A stretch of 64,000 nucleotides of DNA from Auanema rhodensis. Lineage: Eukaryota; Animalia; Nematoda. Each line of letters begins with the position of its first letter. Positions within the stretch are counted from its first letter, which is position 1. Location of the stretch: positions 9,672,001 to 9,736,000 of the forward strand of contig OZ059899.1 of the NCBI GenBank assembly GCA_964057225.1. Direction: 5' to 3'. Both the position numbers and the translations under genes were made by a program. Shown here piece by piece: positions 40,823 to 54,858 of this stretch. Under the pieces are notes generated by a model. That model was not told where the DNA came from. It searched no databases and saw nothing but the letters and a program-made list of their open reading frames with translations.

Positions 40823-40895
40823 GGCCGCGTGGCGCAATGGATAACGCGTCTGCCTACGGAGCAGAAGATTGTAGGTTCGAATCCTGCCGTGGTCG
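40823..40895 (+). tRNA. tRNA-Arg(ACG)
   Basis: Consensus copy. Confidence 0.95.
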
Positions 40896-41432
40896 TAAAT
40901 TTTTTTCATTTCAATTGTCACATATAAAAATCAAATTTATCTTTTTCAACGATCATTTTTGCAATGTGTCATAAGAATTTCATAGTTGAACAAAACGTTT
41001 TTTAAGAAGTTTTTTTGTTGTCAACATATAAATTTTCCTGGAATTCGAGAGCATTTGGGATGGAAATTAGAAAGAAAAGAACTAGTTTTTCCTACTTTGA
41101 AACAAACAATAAAAAATAAAATAAAAAAGATTGTTAGATATCTAATTTAAACTTATACATTTACTTCGATAAAGAGCCTATTAGTTTGAAATTTTATGTC
41201 TTACAGTTCTCCAACAGAACAGACTGATCCTGATTTCTCTATGATTACATAAAACTCTCGTTTGATATAAAAAAAGAAGAGGAATAACGTTTCCAGGATG
41301 TCAATGATATCGAATCTAGTGATATTGTAGAAAAATGTAATGTCAGCTCCATAGGTTTTCTCTTAATTTCTCTCATCACAATATTCTTAGTTTTTTTTTC
41401 TCATAAGAGTTTCTGAAATCTTAGTTGAACAA

Positions 41433-41505
41433 GGCCGCGTGGCGCAATAGATAACGCGTCTGCCTACGGAGCAAAAGATTGTAGGTTCGAATCCTGCCGT
41501 GGTCG
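41433..41505 (+). pseudogene. tRNA-Arg(ACG), probable pseudogene
   Basis: Invariant D-loop GG changed to AG (CAATAGAT) and anticodon stem GCAGA changed to GCAAA. Confidence 0.7.
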
Positions 41506-42451
41506 TAAATTTTTTTCATTTCACTTGTCATCGAATAAAATTCGAATTTATCTTTTTCAACGATTATTTTTGCATCGTGTCATAAGAATTTCACAGTTGA
41601 ACAAAACGTTTTTTAAGAAGTTTTTTTGTTGTCAACATATATATTTTCCTGGAATTCGAAAGCATTTGGGATGGAAATTAGAAAGAAAAGAACTAGTTTT
41701 TCCTACTTTAAAACAAACAATAAGAAATAAAATAAAAAAGATTGTTAGATATCCAATTTAAACTTATACATTTACTTCGATAAAGAGCCTATTAGTTTGA
41801 AATTTTATGTCTTACAGTTCTCCAACAGAACAGACTGATCCTGATTTCTCTATGATTACATAAAACTCTCGTTTGATATAAAAAAAGGAGAGGAATAACG
41901 TTTCCAGGATGTCAATGATATCGAATCTAGTGATATTGTAGAAAAATGTAATGTCAGCTCCATAGGTTTTCTCTTAATTTCTCTCATCACAATAGTCTTA
42001 GTTTTTTTTCATAAGAGGTTCTGAAATCTTAGTTGAACAAGGCATTATATATCTTTTTCTGGAATTCGAAAGCATTTGGGATGGAAATTAGAAAGAAAAG
42101 AACTAGTTTTTCCTACTTCAAAACAAACAATAAGAAATAAAATGAAAAAGATTGTTAGATATCCAATTTAAACTTATACATTCACTTCGATAAAGAGCCT
42201 ATTAGTTTGAAATTTTATGTCTTACAGTTCTCCAACACAACAGACTGATCCTGATTTCTCTATGATTACATAAATCTCTCGTTTGATATACAAAAAAGAG
42301 AGGAATAACGTTTCCAGGATATCAATGATATCGAATCTAGTGATATTGTAGAAAAATGTAATGTCAGCTCCATAGTTTTTCTCTTAATTTCTCTCATCAC
42401 AATAGTCTTAGTTTTTTTTTCATAAGAGTTTCTGAAATCTTAGTTGAACAA

Positions 42452-42524
42452 GGCCGCGTGGCGCAATGGATAACGCGTCTGCCTACGGAGCAGAAGATTG
42501 TAGGTTCGAATCCTGCCGTGGTCG
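42452..42524 (+). tRNA. tRNA-Arg(ACG)
   Basis: Consensus copy. Confidence 0.95.
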
Positions 42525-43469
42525 TAAATTTTTTTCATTTCAATTGTCACATATAAAAATCGAATTTATCTTTTTCAACGATCATTTTTGCAATGTGTCA
42601 TAAGAATTTCATAGTTGAACAAAACGTTTTTCAAGAAGTTTTTTTGTTGTCAACATATAAATTTTCCTGGAATTCGAGAGCATTTGGGATGGAAATTAGA
42701 AAGAAAAGAACTAGTTTTTCCTACTTTAAAACAAACAATAAGAAATAAAATAAAAAAGATTGTTAGATATCCAATTTAAACTTATACATTTACTTCGATA
42801 AAGAGCCTATTAGTTTGAAATTTTATGTCTTACAGTTCTCCAACAGAACAGACTGATCCTGATTTCTCTATGATTACATAAAACTCTCGTTTGATATAAA
42901 AAAAGAAGAGGAATAACGTTTCCAGGATGTCAATGATATCGAATCTAGTGATATTGTAGAAAAATGTAATGTCAGCTCCATAGTTTTTCTCTTAATTTCT
43001 CTCATCACAATAGTCTTAGTTTTTTTTCATAAGAGTTTCTGAAATCTTAGTTGAACAAGGCATTATATATCTTTTTCTGGAATTCGAAAGCATTTGGGAT
43101 GGAAATTAGAAAGAAAAGAACTAGTTTTTCCTACTTCAAAACAAACAATAAGAAATAAAATGAAAAAGATTGTTAGATATCCAATTTAAACTTATACATT
43201 CACTTCGATAAAGAGCCTATTAGTTTGAAATTTTATGTCTTACAGTTCTCCAACACAACAGACTGATCCTGATTTCTCTATGATTACATAAATCTCTCGT
43301 TTGATATACAAAAAAGAGAGGAATAACGTTTCCAGGATATCAATGATATCGAATCTAGTGATATTGTAGAAAAATGTAATGTCAGCTCCATAGTTTTTCT
43401 CTTAATTTCTCTCATCACAATAGTCTTAGTTTTTTTTTCATAAGAGTTTCTGAAATCTTAGTTGAACAA

Positions 43470-43542
43470 GGCCGCGTGGCGCAATGGATAACGCGTCTGC
43501 CTACGGAGCAGAAGATTGTAGGTTCGAATCCTGCCGTGGTCG
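43470..43542 (+). tRNA. tRNA-Arg(ACG)
   Basis: Consensus copy. Confidence 0.95.
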
Positions 43543-44079
43543 TAAATTTTTTTCATTTCAATTGTCACATATAAAAATCGAATTTATCTTTTTCAACGAT
43601 CATTTTTGCAATGTGTCATAAGAATTTCATAGTTGAACAAAACGTTTTTCAAGAAGTTTTTTTGTTGTCAACATATAAATTTTCCTGGAATTCGAGAGCA
43701 TTTGGGATGGAAATTAGAAAGAAAAAAACTAGTTTTTCCTACTTTAAAACAAACAATAAGAAATAAAATAAAAAAGATTGTTAGATATCCAATTTAAACT
43801 TATACATTTACTTCGATAAAGAGCCTATTAGTTTGAAATTTTATGTCTTACAGTTCTCCAACAGAACAGACTGATCCTGATTTCTCTATGATTACATAAA
43901 ACTCTCGTTTGATATAAAAAAAGAAGAGGAATAACGTTTCCAGGATGTCAATGATATCGAATCTAGTGATATTGTAGAAAAATGTAATGTCAGCTCCATA
44001 GGTTTTCTCTTAATTTCTCTCATCACAATATTCTTAGTTTTTTTTTCTCATAAGAGTTTCTGAAATCTTAGTTGAACAA

Positions 44080-44152
44080 GGCCGCGTGGCGCAATGGATA
44101 ACGCGTCTGCCTACGGAGCAGAAGATTGTAGGTTCGAATCCTGCCGTGGTCG
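44080..44152 (+). tRNA. tRNA-Arg(ACG)
   Basis: Consensus copy. Confidence 0.95.
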
Positions 44153-44687
44153 TAAATTTTTTTCATTTCACTTGACATTTACAAAAATCGAATTTATCTT
44201 CTTCAACCATTATTTTTGCAATGTGTCATAAGAATTTCACAGTTGAACAAAACGTTTTTTAAGAAGTTTTTTTGTTGTCAACATATATATTTTCCTGGAA
44301 TTTGAAAGCATTTGGGATGGAAATTAGAAAGAAAAGAACTAGTTTTTCCTACTTCAAAACAAACAATAAGAAATAAAATGAAAAAGATTGTTGGATATCC
44401 AATTTAAACTTATACATTTACTTTGATAAAGAGCCTATTAGATTGAAATTTTATGTCTTACAGTTCTCCAACAGAACAGACTGGTCCTGATTTTTCTACG
44501 ATTACAAAAAACTCTCGTTTGATATAAAAAAAGGAGAGGAATAACGTTTCCAGGATGTCAATGATATCGAATCTAGTGATATTGTAGAAAAATGTAATGT
44601 CAGCTCCATAGTTTTTCTCTTAATTTCTCTCATCACAATAGTCTTAGTTTTTTTTTCATAAGAGTTTCTGAAATCTTAGTTGAACAA

Positions 44688-44760
44688 GGCCGCGTGGCGC
44701 AATGGATAACGCGTCTGCCTACGGAGCAGAAGATTGTAGGTTCGAATCCTGCCGTGGTCG
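44688..44760 (+). tRNA. tRNA-Arg(ACG)
   Basis: Consensus copy. Confidence 0.95.
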
Positions 44761-45297
44761 TAAATTTTTTTCATTTCAATTGTCACATATAAAAATCAAA
44801 TTTATCTTTTTCAACGATCATTTTTGCAATGTGTCATAAGAATTTCATAGTTGAACAAAACGTTTTTTAAGAAGTTTTTTTGTTGTCAACATATAAATTT
44901 TCCTGGAATTCGAGAGCATTTGGGATGGAAATTAGAAAGAAAAGAACTAGTTTTTCCTACTTTGAAACAAACAATAAAAAATAAAATAAAAAAGATTGTT
45001 AGATATCTAATTTAAACTTATACATTTACTTCGATAAAGAGCCTATTAGTTTGAAATTTTATGTCTTACAGTTCTCCAACAGAACAGACTGATCCTGATT
45101 TCTCTATGATTACATAAAACTCTCGTTTGATATAAAAAAAGAAGAGGAATAACGTTTCCAGGATGTCAATGATATCGAATCTAGTGATATTGTAGAAAAA
45201 TGTAATGTCAGCTCCATAGGTTTTCTCTTAATTTCTCTCATCACAATATTCTTAGTTTTTTTTTCTCATAAGAGTTTCTGAAATCTTAGTTGAACAA

Positions 45298-45370
45298 GGC
45301 CGCGTGGCGCAATAGATAACGCGTCTGCCTACGGAGCAAAAGATTGTAGGTTCGAATCCTGCCGTGGTCG
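45298..45370 (+). pseudogene. tRNA-Arg(ACG), probable pseudogene
   Basis: Same two lesions as 41433; duplicated with the 3865-bp block. Confidence 0.7.
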
Positions 45371-46317
45371 TAAATTTTTTTCATTTCACTTGTCATCGAA
45401 TAAAATTCGAATTTATCTTTTTCAACGATTATTTTTGCATCGTGTCATAAGAATTTCACAGTTGAACAAAACGTTTTTTAAGAAGTTTTTTTGTTGTCAA
45501 CATATATATTTTCCTGGAATTCGAAAGCATTTGGGATGGAAATTAGAAAGAAAAGAACTAGTTTTTCCTACTTTAAAACAAACAATAAGAAATAAAATAA
45601 AAAAGATTGTTAGATATCCAATTTAAACTTATACATTTACTTCGATAAAGAGCCTATTAGTTTGAAATTTTATGTCTTACAGTTCTCCAACAGAACAGAC
45701 TGATCCTGATTTCTCTATGATTACATAAAACTCTCGTTTGATATAAAAAAAGGAGAGGAATAACGTTTCCAGGATGTCAATGATATCGAATCTAGTGATA
45801 TTGTAGAAAAATGTAATGTCAGCTCCATAGGTTTTCTCTTAATTTCTCTCATCACAATAGTCTTAGTTTTTTTTCATAAGAGGTTCTGAAATCTTAGTTG
45901 AACAAGGCATTATATATCTTTTTCTGGAATTCGAAAGCATTTGGGATGGAAATTAGAAAGAAAAGAACTAGTTTTTCCTACTTTAAAACAAACAATAAGA
46001 AATAAAATAAAAAAGATTGTTAGATATCCAATTTAAACTTATACATTTACTTCGATAAAGAGCCTATTAGTTTGAAATTTTATGTCTTACAGTTCTCCAA
46101 CACAACAGACTGATCCTGATTTCTCTATGATTACATAAAACTCTCGTTTGATATACAAAAAGGAGAGGAATAACGTTTCCAGGATATCAATGATATCGAA
46201 TCTAGTGATATTGTAGAAAAATGTAATGTCAGCTCCATAGGTTTTCTCTTAATTTCTCTCATCACAATATTCTTAGTTTTTTTTCTCATAAGAGTTTCTG
46301 AAATCTTAGTTGAACAA

Positions 46318-46390
46318 GACCGCGTGGCGCAATGGATAACGCGTCTGCCTACGGAGCAGAAGATTGTAGGTTCGAATCCTGCCGTGGTCG
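46318..46390 (+). tRNA. tRNA-Arg(ACG), G2A isodecoder
   Basis: GACCGCG start; converts the G2:U71 wobble to an A:U pair. Confidence 0.9.
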
Positions 46391-46927
46391 TAAATTTTTT
46401 TCATTTCACTTGTCATTTATAAAAATCGAATTTATCTTGTTCAACGATTATTATTGCAATGTGTCATAAAAATTTCATAGTTGAACAAAACGTTTTTTAA
46501 GAAGTTTTTTTGTTGTCAACATATATATTTTCCTGGAATTCGAAAGCATCTGGGATGGAAATTAGAAAGAAAAGAACTAGTTTTTCCTACTTTAAAACAA
46601 ACAATAAGAAATAAAATAAAAAAGATTGTTAGATATCCAATTTAAACTTATACATTTACTTCGATAAAGAGCCTATTAGTTTGAAATTTTATGTCTTACA
46701 GTTTTCCAACAGAACAGACTAATCCTGATTTCTCTATGATTACATAAAACTCTCGTTTGATATAAAAAAAGAAGAGGAATAACGTTTCCAGGATGTCAAT
46801 GATATCGAATCTAGTGATATTGTAGAAAAATGTAATGTCAGCTCCATAGGTTTTCTCTTAATTTCTCTCATCACAATATTCTTAGTTTTTTTTTCTCATA
46901 AGAGTTTCTGAAATCTTAGTTGAACAA

Positions 46928-47000
46928 GGCCGCGTGGCGCAAGGGATAACGCGTCTGCCTACGGAGCAGAAGATTGTAGGTTCAAATCCTGCCGTGGTCG
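46928..47000 (+). tRNA. tRNA-Arg(ACG), loop variant
   Basis: CAAGGGAT in the D loop and GTTCAAATC in the T loop; stems intact. Confidence 0.8.
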
Positions 47001-47292
47001 TAAATTTTTTTCATTTCTACATTTACTTCGATAAAGAGCCTCTTAGATTGAAATTTTATGTTTTACAGTTCTCCAACACAACAGACTGATCCTGATTTCT
47101 CTATGATTACATAAAACTCTCGTTTGATATGAAAAAAGGAAAGGAATAACGTTTCCAGGATATCAATGATATCGAATCTAGTGATATTGTAAAAAAATGT
47201 AATGTCAGCTCCATAGGTTTTCTCTTAATTTCTCTCATCACAATTGTCTCAGTTTTTTTCTCATAAGAGTTTCTGAAATCTTAGTTGAACAA

Positions 47293-47365
47293 GGCCGCGT
47301 GGCGCAATGGATAACGCGTCTGCCTACGGAGCAGAAGATTGTAGGTTCGAATCCTGCCGTGGTCG
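47293..47365 (+). tRNA. tRNA-Arg(ACG)
   Basis: Consensus copy. Confidence 0.95.
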
Positions 47366-47900
47366 TAAATTTTTTTCATTTCACTTGTCATTTACAAAAA
47401 TCGAATTTATCTTCTTCAACCATTATTTTTGCAATGTGTCATAAGAATTTCACAATTGAACAAAACGTTTATTAAGAAGTTTTTTTGTTGTCAACATATA
47501 TATTTTCCTGAAATTCGAAAGCATTTGGGATGAAAATTAGAAAGAAAAGAACTAGTTTTTCCTACTTTAAAACAAACATTAAGAAATAAAATAAAAAAGA
47601 TTGTTGGATATCCAATTTAAACTTATACATTTACTTTGATAAAGAGCCTATTAGATTGAAATTTTATGTCTTACGGTTCTCCAACAGAACAGACTGGTCC
47701 TGATTTTTCTACGATTACAAAAAACTCTCGTTTGATATGAAAAAAGGAAAGGAATAACGTTTCCAGGATATCAATGATATCGAATCTAGTGATATTGTAA
47801 AAAAATGTAATGTCAGCTCCATAGTTTTTCTCTTAATTTCTCTCATCACAATAGTCTTAGTTTTTTTTTCATAAGAGTTTCTGAAATCTTAGTTGAACAA

Positions 47901-47973
47901 GGCCGCGTGGCGCAATGGATAACGCGTCTGCCTACGGAGCAGAAGATTGTAGGTTCGAATCCTGCCGTGGTCG
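47901..47973 (+). tRNA. tRNA-Arg(ACG)
   Basis: Consensus copy. Confidence 0.95.
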
Positions 47974-48922
47974 TAAATTTTTTTCATTTCAATTGTCACA
48001 TATAAAAATCGAATTTATCTTTTTCAACGATCATTTTTGCAATGTGTCATAAGAATTTCATAGTTGAACAAAACGTTTTTTAAGAAGTTTTTTTGTTGTC
48101 AACATATATATTTTCCTGAAATTCGAAAGCATTTGGGATGAAAATTAGAAAGAAAAGAACTAGTTTTTCCTACTTTAAAACAAACAATAAGAAATAAAAT
48201 AAAAAAGATTGTTAGATATCCAATTTAAACTTATACATTTACTTCGATGAAGAGCCTATTAGTTTGAAATTTTATGTCTTACAGTTCTCCAACAGAACAG
48301 ACTGATCCTGATTTCTCTATGATTACATAAAACTCTCGTTTGATATAAAAAAAGGAGAGGAATAACGTTTCCAGGATGTCAATGATATCGAATCTAGTGA
48401 TATTGTAGAAAAATGTAATGTCAGCTCCATAGGTTTTCTCTTAATTTCTCTCATCACAATATTCTTAGTTTTTTTTTCTCATAAGAGTTTCTGAAATCTT
48501 AGTTGAACAAGGCATTATATATCTTTTTCTGGAATTTGAAAGCATTTGGGATGGAAATTAGAAAGAAAAGAACTAGTTTTTCCTACTTTAAAACAAACAA
48601 TAAGAAATAAAATGAAAAAGATTGTTAGATATCCAATTTAAACTTATACATTTACTTCGATAAAGAGCCTATTAGTTTGAAATTTTATGTCTTACAGTTC
48701 TCCAACACAACAGACTGATCCTGATTTCTCTATGATTACATAAAACTCTCGTTTGATATACAAAAAGGAGAGGAATAACGTTTCCAGGATATCAATGATA
48801 TCGAATCTAGTGATATTGTAGAAAAATGTAATGTCAGCTCCATAGGTTTTCTCTTAATTTCTCTCATCACAATATTCTTAGTTTTTTTTCTCATAAGAGT
48901 TTCTGAAATCTTAGTTGAACAA

Positions 48923-48995
48923 GACCGCGTGGCGCAATGGATAACGCGTCTGCCTACGGAGCAGAAGATTGTAGGTTCGAATCCTGCCGTGGTCG
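48923..48995 (+). tRNA. tRNA-Arg(ACG), G2A isodecoder
   Basis: As 46318. Confidence 0.9.
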
Positions 48996-49531
48996 TAAAT
49001 TTTTTTCATTTCACTTGTCATTTATAAAAATCGAATTTATCTTCTTCAACGATTTTTTTTGCAATGTGTCATAAAAATTTCATAGTTGAACAAAACGTTT
49101 TTTAAGAAGTTTTTTTGTTGTCAACATATATATTTTCCTGGAATTCGAAAGCATCTGGGATGGAAATTAGAAAGAAAAGAACTAGTTTTTCCTACTTTAA
49201 AACAAACAATAAGAAATAAAATAAAAAAGATTGTTAGATATCCAATTTAAACTTATACATTTACTTCGATAAAGAGCCTATTAGTTTGAAATTTTATGTC
49301 TTACAGTTCTCCAACAGAACAGACTGATCCTGATTTCTCTATGATTACATAAAACTCTCGTTTGATATAAAAAAAGGAGAGGAATAACGTTTCCAGGATA
49401 TCAATGATATCGAATCTAGTGATATTGTAAAAAATTGTAATGTCAGCTCCATAGGTTTTCTCTTAATTTTTCTCATCACAATTGTCTTAGTTTTTTTTCT
49501 CATAAGAGTTTCTGAAATCTTAGTTGAACAA

Positions 49532-49604
49532 GGCCGCGTGGCGCAATGGATAACGCGTCTGCCTACGGAGCAGAAGATTGTAGGTTCGAATCCTGCCGTG
49601 GTCG
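49532..49604 (+). tRNA. tRNA-Arg(ACG)
   Basis: Consensus copy. Confidence 0.95.
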
Positions 49605-50965
49605 TAAATTTTTTTCATTTCACTTGTCATTTACAAAAATCGAATTTATCTTCTTCAACCATTATTTTTGCAATGTGTCATAAGAATTTCACAGTTGAAC
49701 AGAACGTTTTTTAAGAAGTTTTTTTGTTGTCAACATATATATTTTCCTGAAATTCGAAAGCATTTGGGATGAAAATTAGAAAGAAAAGAACTAGTTTTTC
49801 CTACTTTAAAACAAACAATAAGAAATAAAATAAAAAAGATTGTTAGATATCCAATTTAAACTTATACATTTACTTCAATAAAGAGCCTATTAGTTTGAAA
49901 TTTTATGTCTTACAGTTCTCCAACAGAACAGACTGATCCTGATTTCTCTATGATTACATAAAACTCTCGTTTGATATAAAAAAAGGAGAGGAATAACGTT
50001 TCCAGGATGTCAATGATATCGAATCTAGTGATATTGTAGAAAAATGTAATGTCAGCTCCATAGGTTTTCTCTTAATTTCTCTCATCACAATATTCTTTGT
50101 TTTTTTTTCTCATAAGAGTTTCTGAAATCTTAGTTGAACAAGGCATTATATATCTTTTTCTGGAATTCGAAAGCATTTGGGATGGAAATTAGAAAGAAAA
50201 GAACTAGTTTTTCCTACTTTAAAACAAACAATAAGAAATAAAATGAAAAAGATTGTTAGATATCCAATTTAAACTTATACATTTACTTCGATAAAGAGCC
50301 TATTAGTTTGAAATTTTATGTCTTACAGTTCTCCAACACAACAGACTGATCCTGATTTCTCTATGATTACATAAAACTCTCGTTTGATATACAAAAAGGA
50401 GAGGAATAACGTTTCCAGGATATCAATGATATCGAATCTAGTGATATTGTAGAAAAATGTAATGTCAGCTCCATAGGTTTTCTCTTAATTTCTCTCATCA
50501 CAATTTTCTTAGTTTTTTTTCTCATAAGAGTTTCTGAAATCTTAGTTGAACAAGGCATTATATATCTTTTTCTGGAATTTGAAAGCATTTGGGATGGAAA
50601 TTAGAAAGAAAAGAACTAGTTTTTCCTACTTTAAAACAAACAATAAGAAATAAAATGAAAAAGATTGTTAGATATCCAATTTAAACTTATACATTTACTT
50701 CGATAAAGAGCCTATTAGTTTGAAATTTTATGTCTTACAGTTCTCCAACACAACAGACTGATCCTGATTTCTCTATGATTACATAAAACTCTCGTTTGAT
50801 ATACAAAAAGAAGAGGAATAACGTTTCCAGGATATCAATGATATCGAATCTAGTGATATTGTAGAAAAATGTAATGTCAGCTCCATAGGTTTTCTCTTAA
50901 TTTCTCTCATCACAATATTCTTAGTTTTTTTTCTCATAAGAGTTTCTGAAATCTTAGTTGAACAA

Positions 50966-51038
50966 GACCGCGTGGCGCAATGGATAACGCGTCTGCCTAC
51001 GGAGCAGAAGATTGTAGGTTCGAATCCTGCCGTGGTCG
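50966..51038 (+). tRNA. tRNA-Arg(ACG), G2A isodecoder
   Basis: As 46318. Confidence 0.9.
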
Positions 51039-51574
51039 TAAATTTTTTTCATTTCACTTGTCATTTATAAAAATCGAATTTATCTTCTTCAACGATTTTT
51101 TTTGCAATGTGTCATAAAAATTTCATAGTTGAACAAAACGTTTTTTAAGAAGTTTTTTTGTTGTCAACATATATATTTTCCTGGAATTCGAAAGCATCTG
51201 GGATGGAAATTAGAAAGAAAAGAACTAGTTTTTCCTACTTTAAAACAAACAATAAGAAATAAAATAAAAAAGATTGTTAGATATCCAATTTAAACTTATA
51301 CATTTACTTCGATAAAGAGCCTATTAGTTTGAAATTTTATGTCTTACAGTTCTCCAACAGAACAGACTGATCCTGATTTCTCTATGATTACATAAAACTC
51401 TCGTTTGATATAAAAAAAGGAGAGGAATAACGTTTCCAGGATATCAATGATATCGAATCTAGTGATATTGTAAAAAATTGTAATGTCAGCTCCATAGGTT
51501 TTCTCTTAATTTTTCTCATCACAATTGTCTTAGTTTTTTTTCTCATAAGAGTTTCTGAAATCTTAGTTGAACAA

Positions 51575-51647
51575 GGCCGCGTGGCGCAATGGATAACGCG
51601 TCTGCCTACGGAGCAGAAGATTGTAGGTTCGAATCCTGCCGTGGTCG
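51575..51647 (+). tRNA. tRNA-Arg(ACG)
   Basis: Consensus copy. Confidence 0.95.
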
Positions 51648-52596
51648 TAAATTTTTTTCATTTCACTTGTCATTTACAAAAATCGAATTTATCTTCTTCA
51701 ACCATTATTTTTGCAATGTGTCATAAGAATTTCACAGTTGAACAGAACGTTTTTTAAGAAGTTTTTTTGTTGTCAACATATATATTTTCCTGAAATTCGA
51801 AAGCATTTGGGATGAAAATTAGAAAGAAAAGAACTAGTTTTTCCTACTTTAAAACAAACAATAAGAAATAAAATAAAAAAGATTGTTAGATATCCAATTT
51901 AAACTTATACATTTACTTCGATAAAGAGCCTATTAGTTTGAAATTTTATGTCTTACAGTTCTCCAACAGAACAGACTGATCCTGATTTCTCTATGATTAC
52001 ATAAAACTCTCGTTTGATATAAAAAAAGGAGAGGAATAACGTTTCCAGGATGTCAATGATATCGAATCTAGTGATATTGTAGAAAAATGTAATGTCAGCT
52101 CCATAGGTTTTCTCTTAATTTCTCTCATCACAATATTCTTTGTTTTTTTTTCTCATAAGAGTTTCTGAAATCTTAGTTGAACAAGGCATTATATATCTTT
52201 TTCTGGAATTCGAAAGCATTTGGGATGGAAATTAGAAAGAAAAGAACTAGTTTTTCCTACTTTAAAACAAACAATAAGAAATAAAATGAAAAAGATTGTT
52301 AGATATCCAATTAAAACTTATACATTTACTTCGATAAAGAGCCTATTAGTTTGAAATTTTATGTCTTACAGTTCTCCAACACAACAGACTGATCCTGATT
52401 TCTCTATGATTACATAAAACTCTCGTTTGATATACAAAAAGGAGAGGAATAACGTTTCCAGGATATCAATGATATCGAATCTAGTGATATTGTAGAAAAA
52501 TGTAATGTCAGCTCTATAGGTTTTCTCTTAATTTCTCTCATCACAATATTCTTAGTTTTTTTTCTCATAAGAGTTTCTGAAATCTTAGTTGAACAA

Positions 52597-52669
52597 GACC
52601 GCGTGGCGCAATGGATAACGCGTCTGCCTACGGAGCAGAAGATTGTAGGTTCGAATCCTGCCGTGGTCG
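52597..52669 (+). tRNA. tRNA-Arg(ACG), G2A isodecoder
   Basis: As 46318. Confidence 0.9.
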
Positions 52670-53205
52670 TAAATTTTTTTCATTTCACTTGTCATTTATA
52701 AAAATCGAATTTATCTTCTTCAACGATTTTTTTTGCAATGTGTCATAAAAATTTCATAGTTGAACAAAACGTTTTTTAAGAAGTTTTTTTGTTGTCAACT
52801 TATATATTTTCCTGGAATTCGAAAGCATCTGGGATGGAAATTAGAAAGAAAAGAACTAGTTTTTCCTACTTTAAAACAAACAATAATAAACAAAATGAAA
52901 AGATTGTTAGATATCCAATTTTAACTTATACATTTACTTCGATAAAGAGCCTATTAGATTGAAATTTTATGTCTTACAATTCTCCAACAGAACATACTGA
53001 TCCTGATTTCTCTATGATTACATAAAACTCTCGTTTGATATAAAAAAAGGAGAGGAATAACGTTTCCAGGATGTCAATGATATCGAATCTAGTGATATTG
53101 TAGAAAAATGTAATGTCAGCTCCATAGGTTTTCTCTTAATTTCTCTCATCACAATATTCTTAGTTTTTTTTTCTCATAAGAGTTTCTGAAATCTTAGTTG
53201 AACAA

Positions 53206-53278
53206 GGCCGCGTGGCGCAATGGATAACGCGTCTGCCTACGGAGCAGAAGATTGTAGGTTCGAATCCTGCCGTGGTCG
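53206..53278 (+). tRNA. tRNA-Arg(ACG)
   Basis: Consensus copy. Confidence 0.95.
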
Positions 53279-53813
53279 TAAATTTTTTTCATTTCACTTG
53301 TCATTTATAAAAATCGAATTTATCTTTTTCAACGATTATTTTTGCAATGTGTCATAAGAATTTCATAGTTGAACAAAACGTTTTTTAAGAAGTTTTTTTG
53401 TTGTCAACATATATATTTTCCTGGAATTCGAAAGCATTTGGGATGGAAATTAGAAAGAAAAGAACTAGTTTTTTCTATTTTAAAACAAACAATAATAAAC
53501 AAAATGAAAAGATTGTTAGATATCCAATTTTAACTTATACATTTACTTCGATAAAGAGCCTATTAGATTGAAATTTTATGTCTTACAATTCTCCAACAGA
53601 ACAGACTGATCCTGATTTCTCTATGATTACATAAAACTCTCGTTTGATATAAAAAAAGGAGAGGAATAACGTTTCCAGGATGTCAATGATATCGAATCTA
53701 GTGATATTGTAGAAAAATGTAATGTCAGCTCCATAGGTTTTCTCTTAATTTCTCTCATCACAATATTCTTAGTTTTTTTTCTCATAAGAGTTTCTGAAAT
53801 CTTAGTTGAACAA

Positions 53814-53886
53814 GGCCGCGTGGCGCAATGGATAACGCGTCTGCCTACGGAGCAGAAGATTGTAGGTTCGAATCCTGCCGTGGTCG
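53814..53886 (+). tRNA. tRNA-Arg(ACG)
   Basis: Consensus copy. Confidence 0.95.
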
Positions 53887-54419
53887 TAATTTTTTTTCAT
53901 TTCACTTGTCATTTACAAAAATCGAATTCATCTTTTTCAACGATTATTTTTGCAATGTGTCATAAGAATTTCACAGTTGAACAAAACGTTTTTTAAGAAG
54001 TTTTTTTGTTGTCAACATATATATTTTCCTGGAATTTGAAAGCATTTGGGATGGAAATTAGAGAGAAAAGAACTAGTTTTTCCTACTTTAAAACAAACAA
54101 TAAGAAATTAAAAACGATTGTTAGATATCCAATTTAAACTTATACATTTACTTCGATAAAGAGCCTATTAGTTTGAAATTTTATGTCTTACAGTTTTCCA
54201 ACAGAACAGACTAATCCTGATTTCTCTATGATTACATAAAACTATCGTTTGATATAAAAAAAAGAGAGGAATAACGTTTCCAGGATGTCAATGATATCGA
54301 ATCTAGTGATATTGTAGAAAAATGTAATGTCAGCTCCATAGGTTTTCTCTTAATTTCTCTCATCACAATATTCTTAGTTTTTTTTTCTCATAAGAGTTTC
54401 TGAAATCTTAGTTGAACAA

Positions 54420-54492
54420 GGCCGCGTGGCGCAATGGATAACGCGTCCGCCTACGGAGCAGAAGATTGTAGGTTCGAATCCTGCCGTGGTCG
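54420..54492 (+). tRNA. tRNA-Arg(ACG), anticodon-stem variant
   Basis: TCCGC instead of TCTGC, giving a C:A mismatch. Confidence 0.75.
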
Positions 54493-54785
54493 TAAATTTT
54501 TTTCATTTCTACATTTACTTCGATAAAGAGCCTATTAGTTTGAAATTTTATGTCTTACAGTTCTCCAACAGAACAGACTGATCCTGATTTCTCTATGATT
54601 ACATAAAACTCTCGTTTGATATAAAAAAAGGAGAGGAATAACGTTTCCAGGATGTCAATGATATCGAATCTAGTGATATTGTAGAAAAATGTAATGTCAG
54701 CTCCATAGGTTTTCTCTTAATTTCTCTCATCACAATATTCTTAGTTTTTTTTCTCATAAGAGTTTCTGAAATCTTAGTTGAACAA

Positions 54786-54858
54786 GGCCGCGTGGCGCAA
54801 TGGATAACGCGTCTGCCTACGGAGCAGAAGATTGTAGGTTCGAATCCTGCCGTGGTCG
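54786..54858 (+). tRNA. tRNA-Arg(ACG)
   Basis: Consensus copy. Confidence 0.95.

Noticed and set aside
4222-45626. Recurrent 63-78 aa ORFs (MQCVIRISQLNKTFF...) and antisense 73-74 aa ORFs (MRKKTKTIVMRE...)
   Set aside because: Chance frames in the array spacer; the + strand ones start at TTG, many units carry stops, and several are LTR/array chimeras
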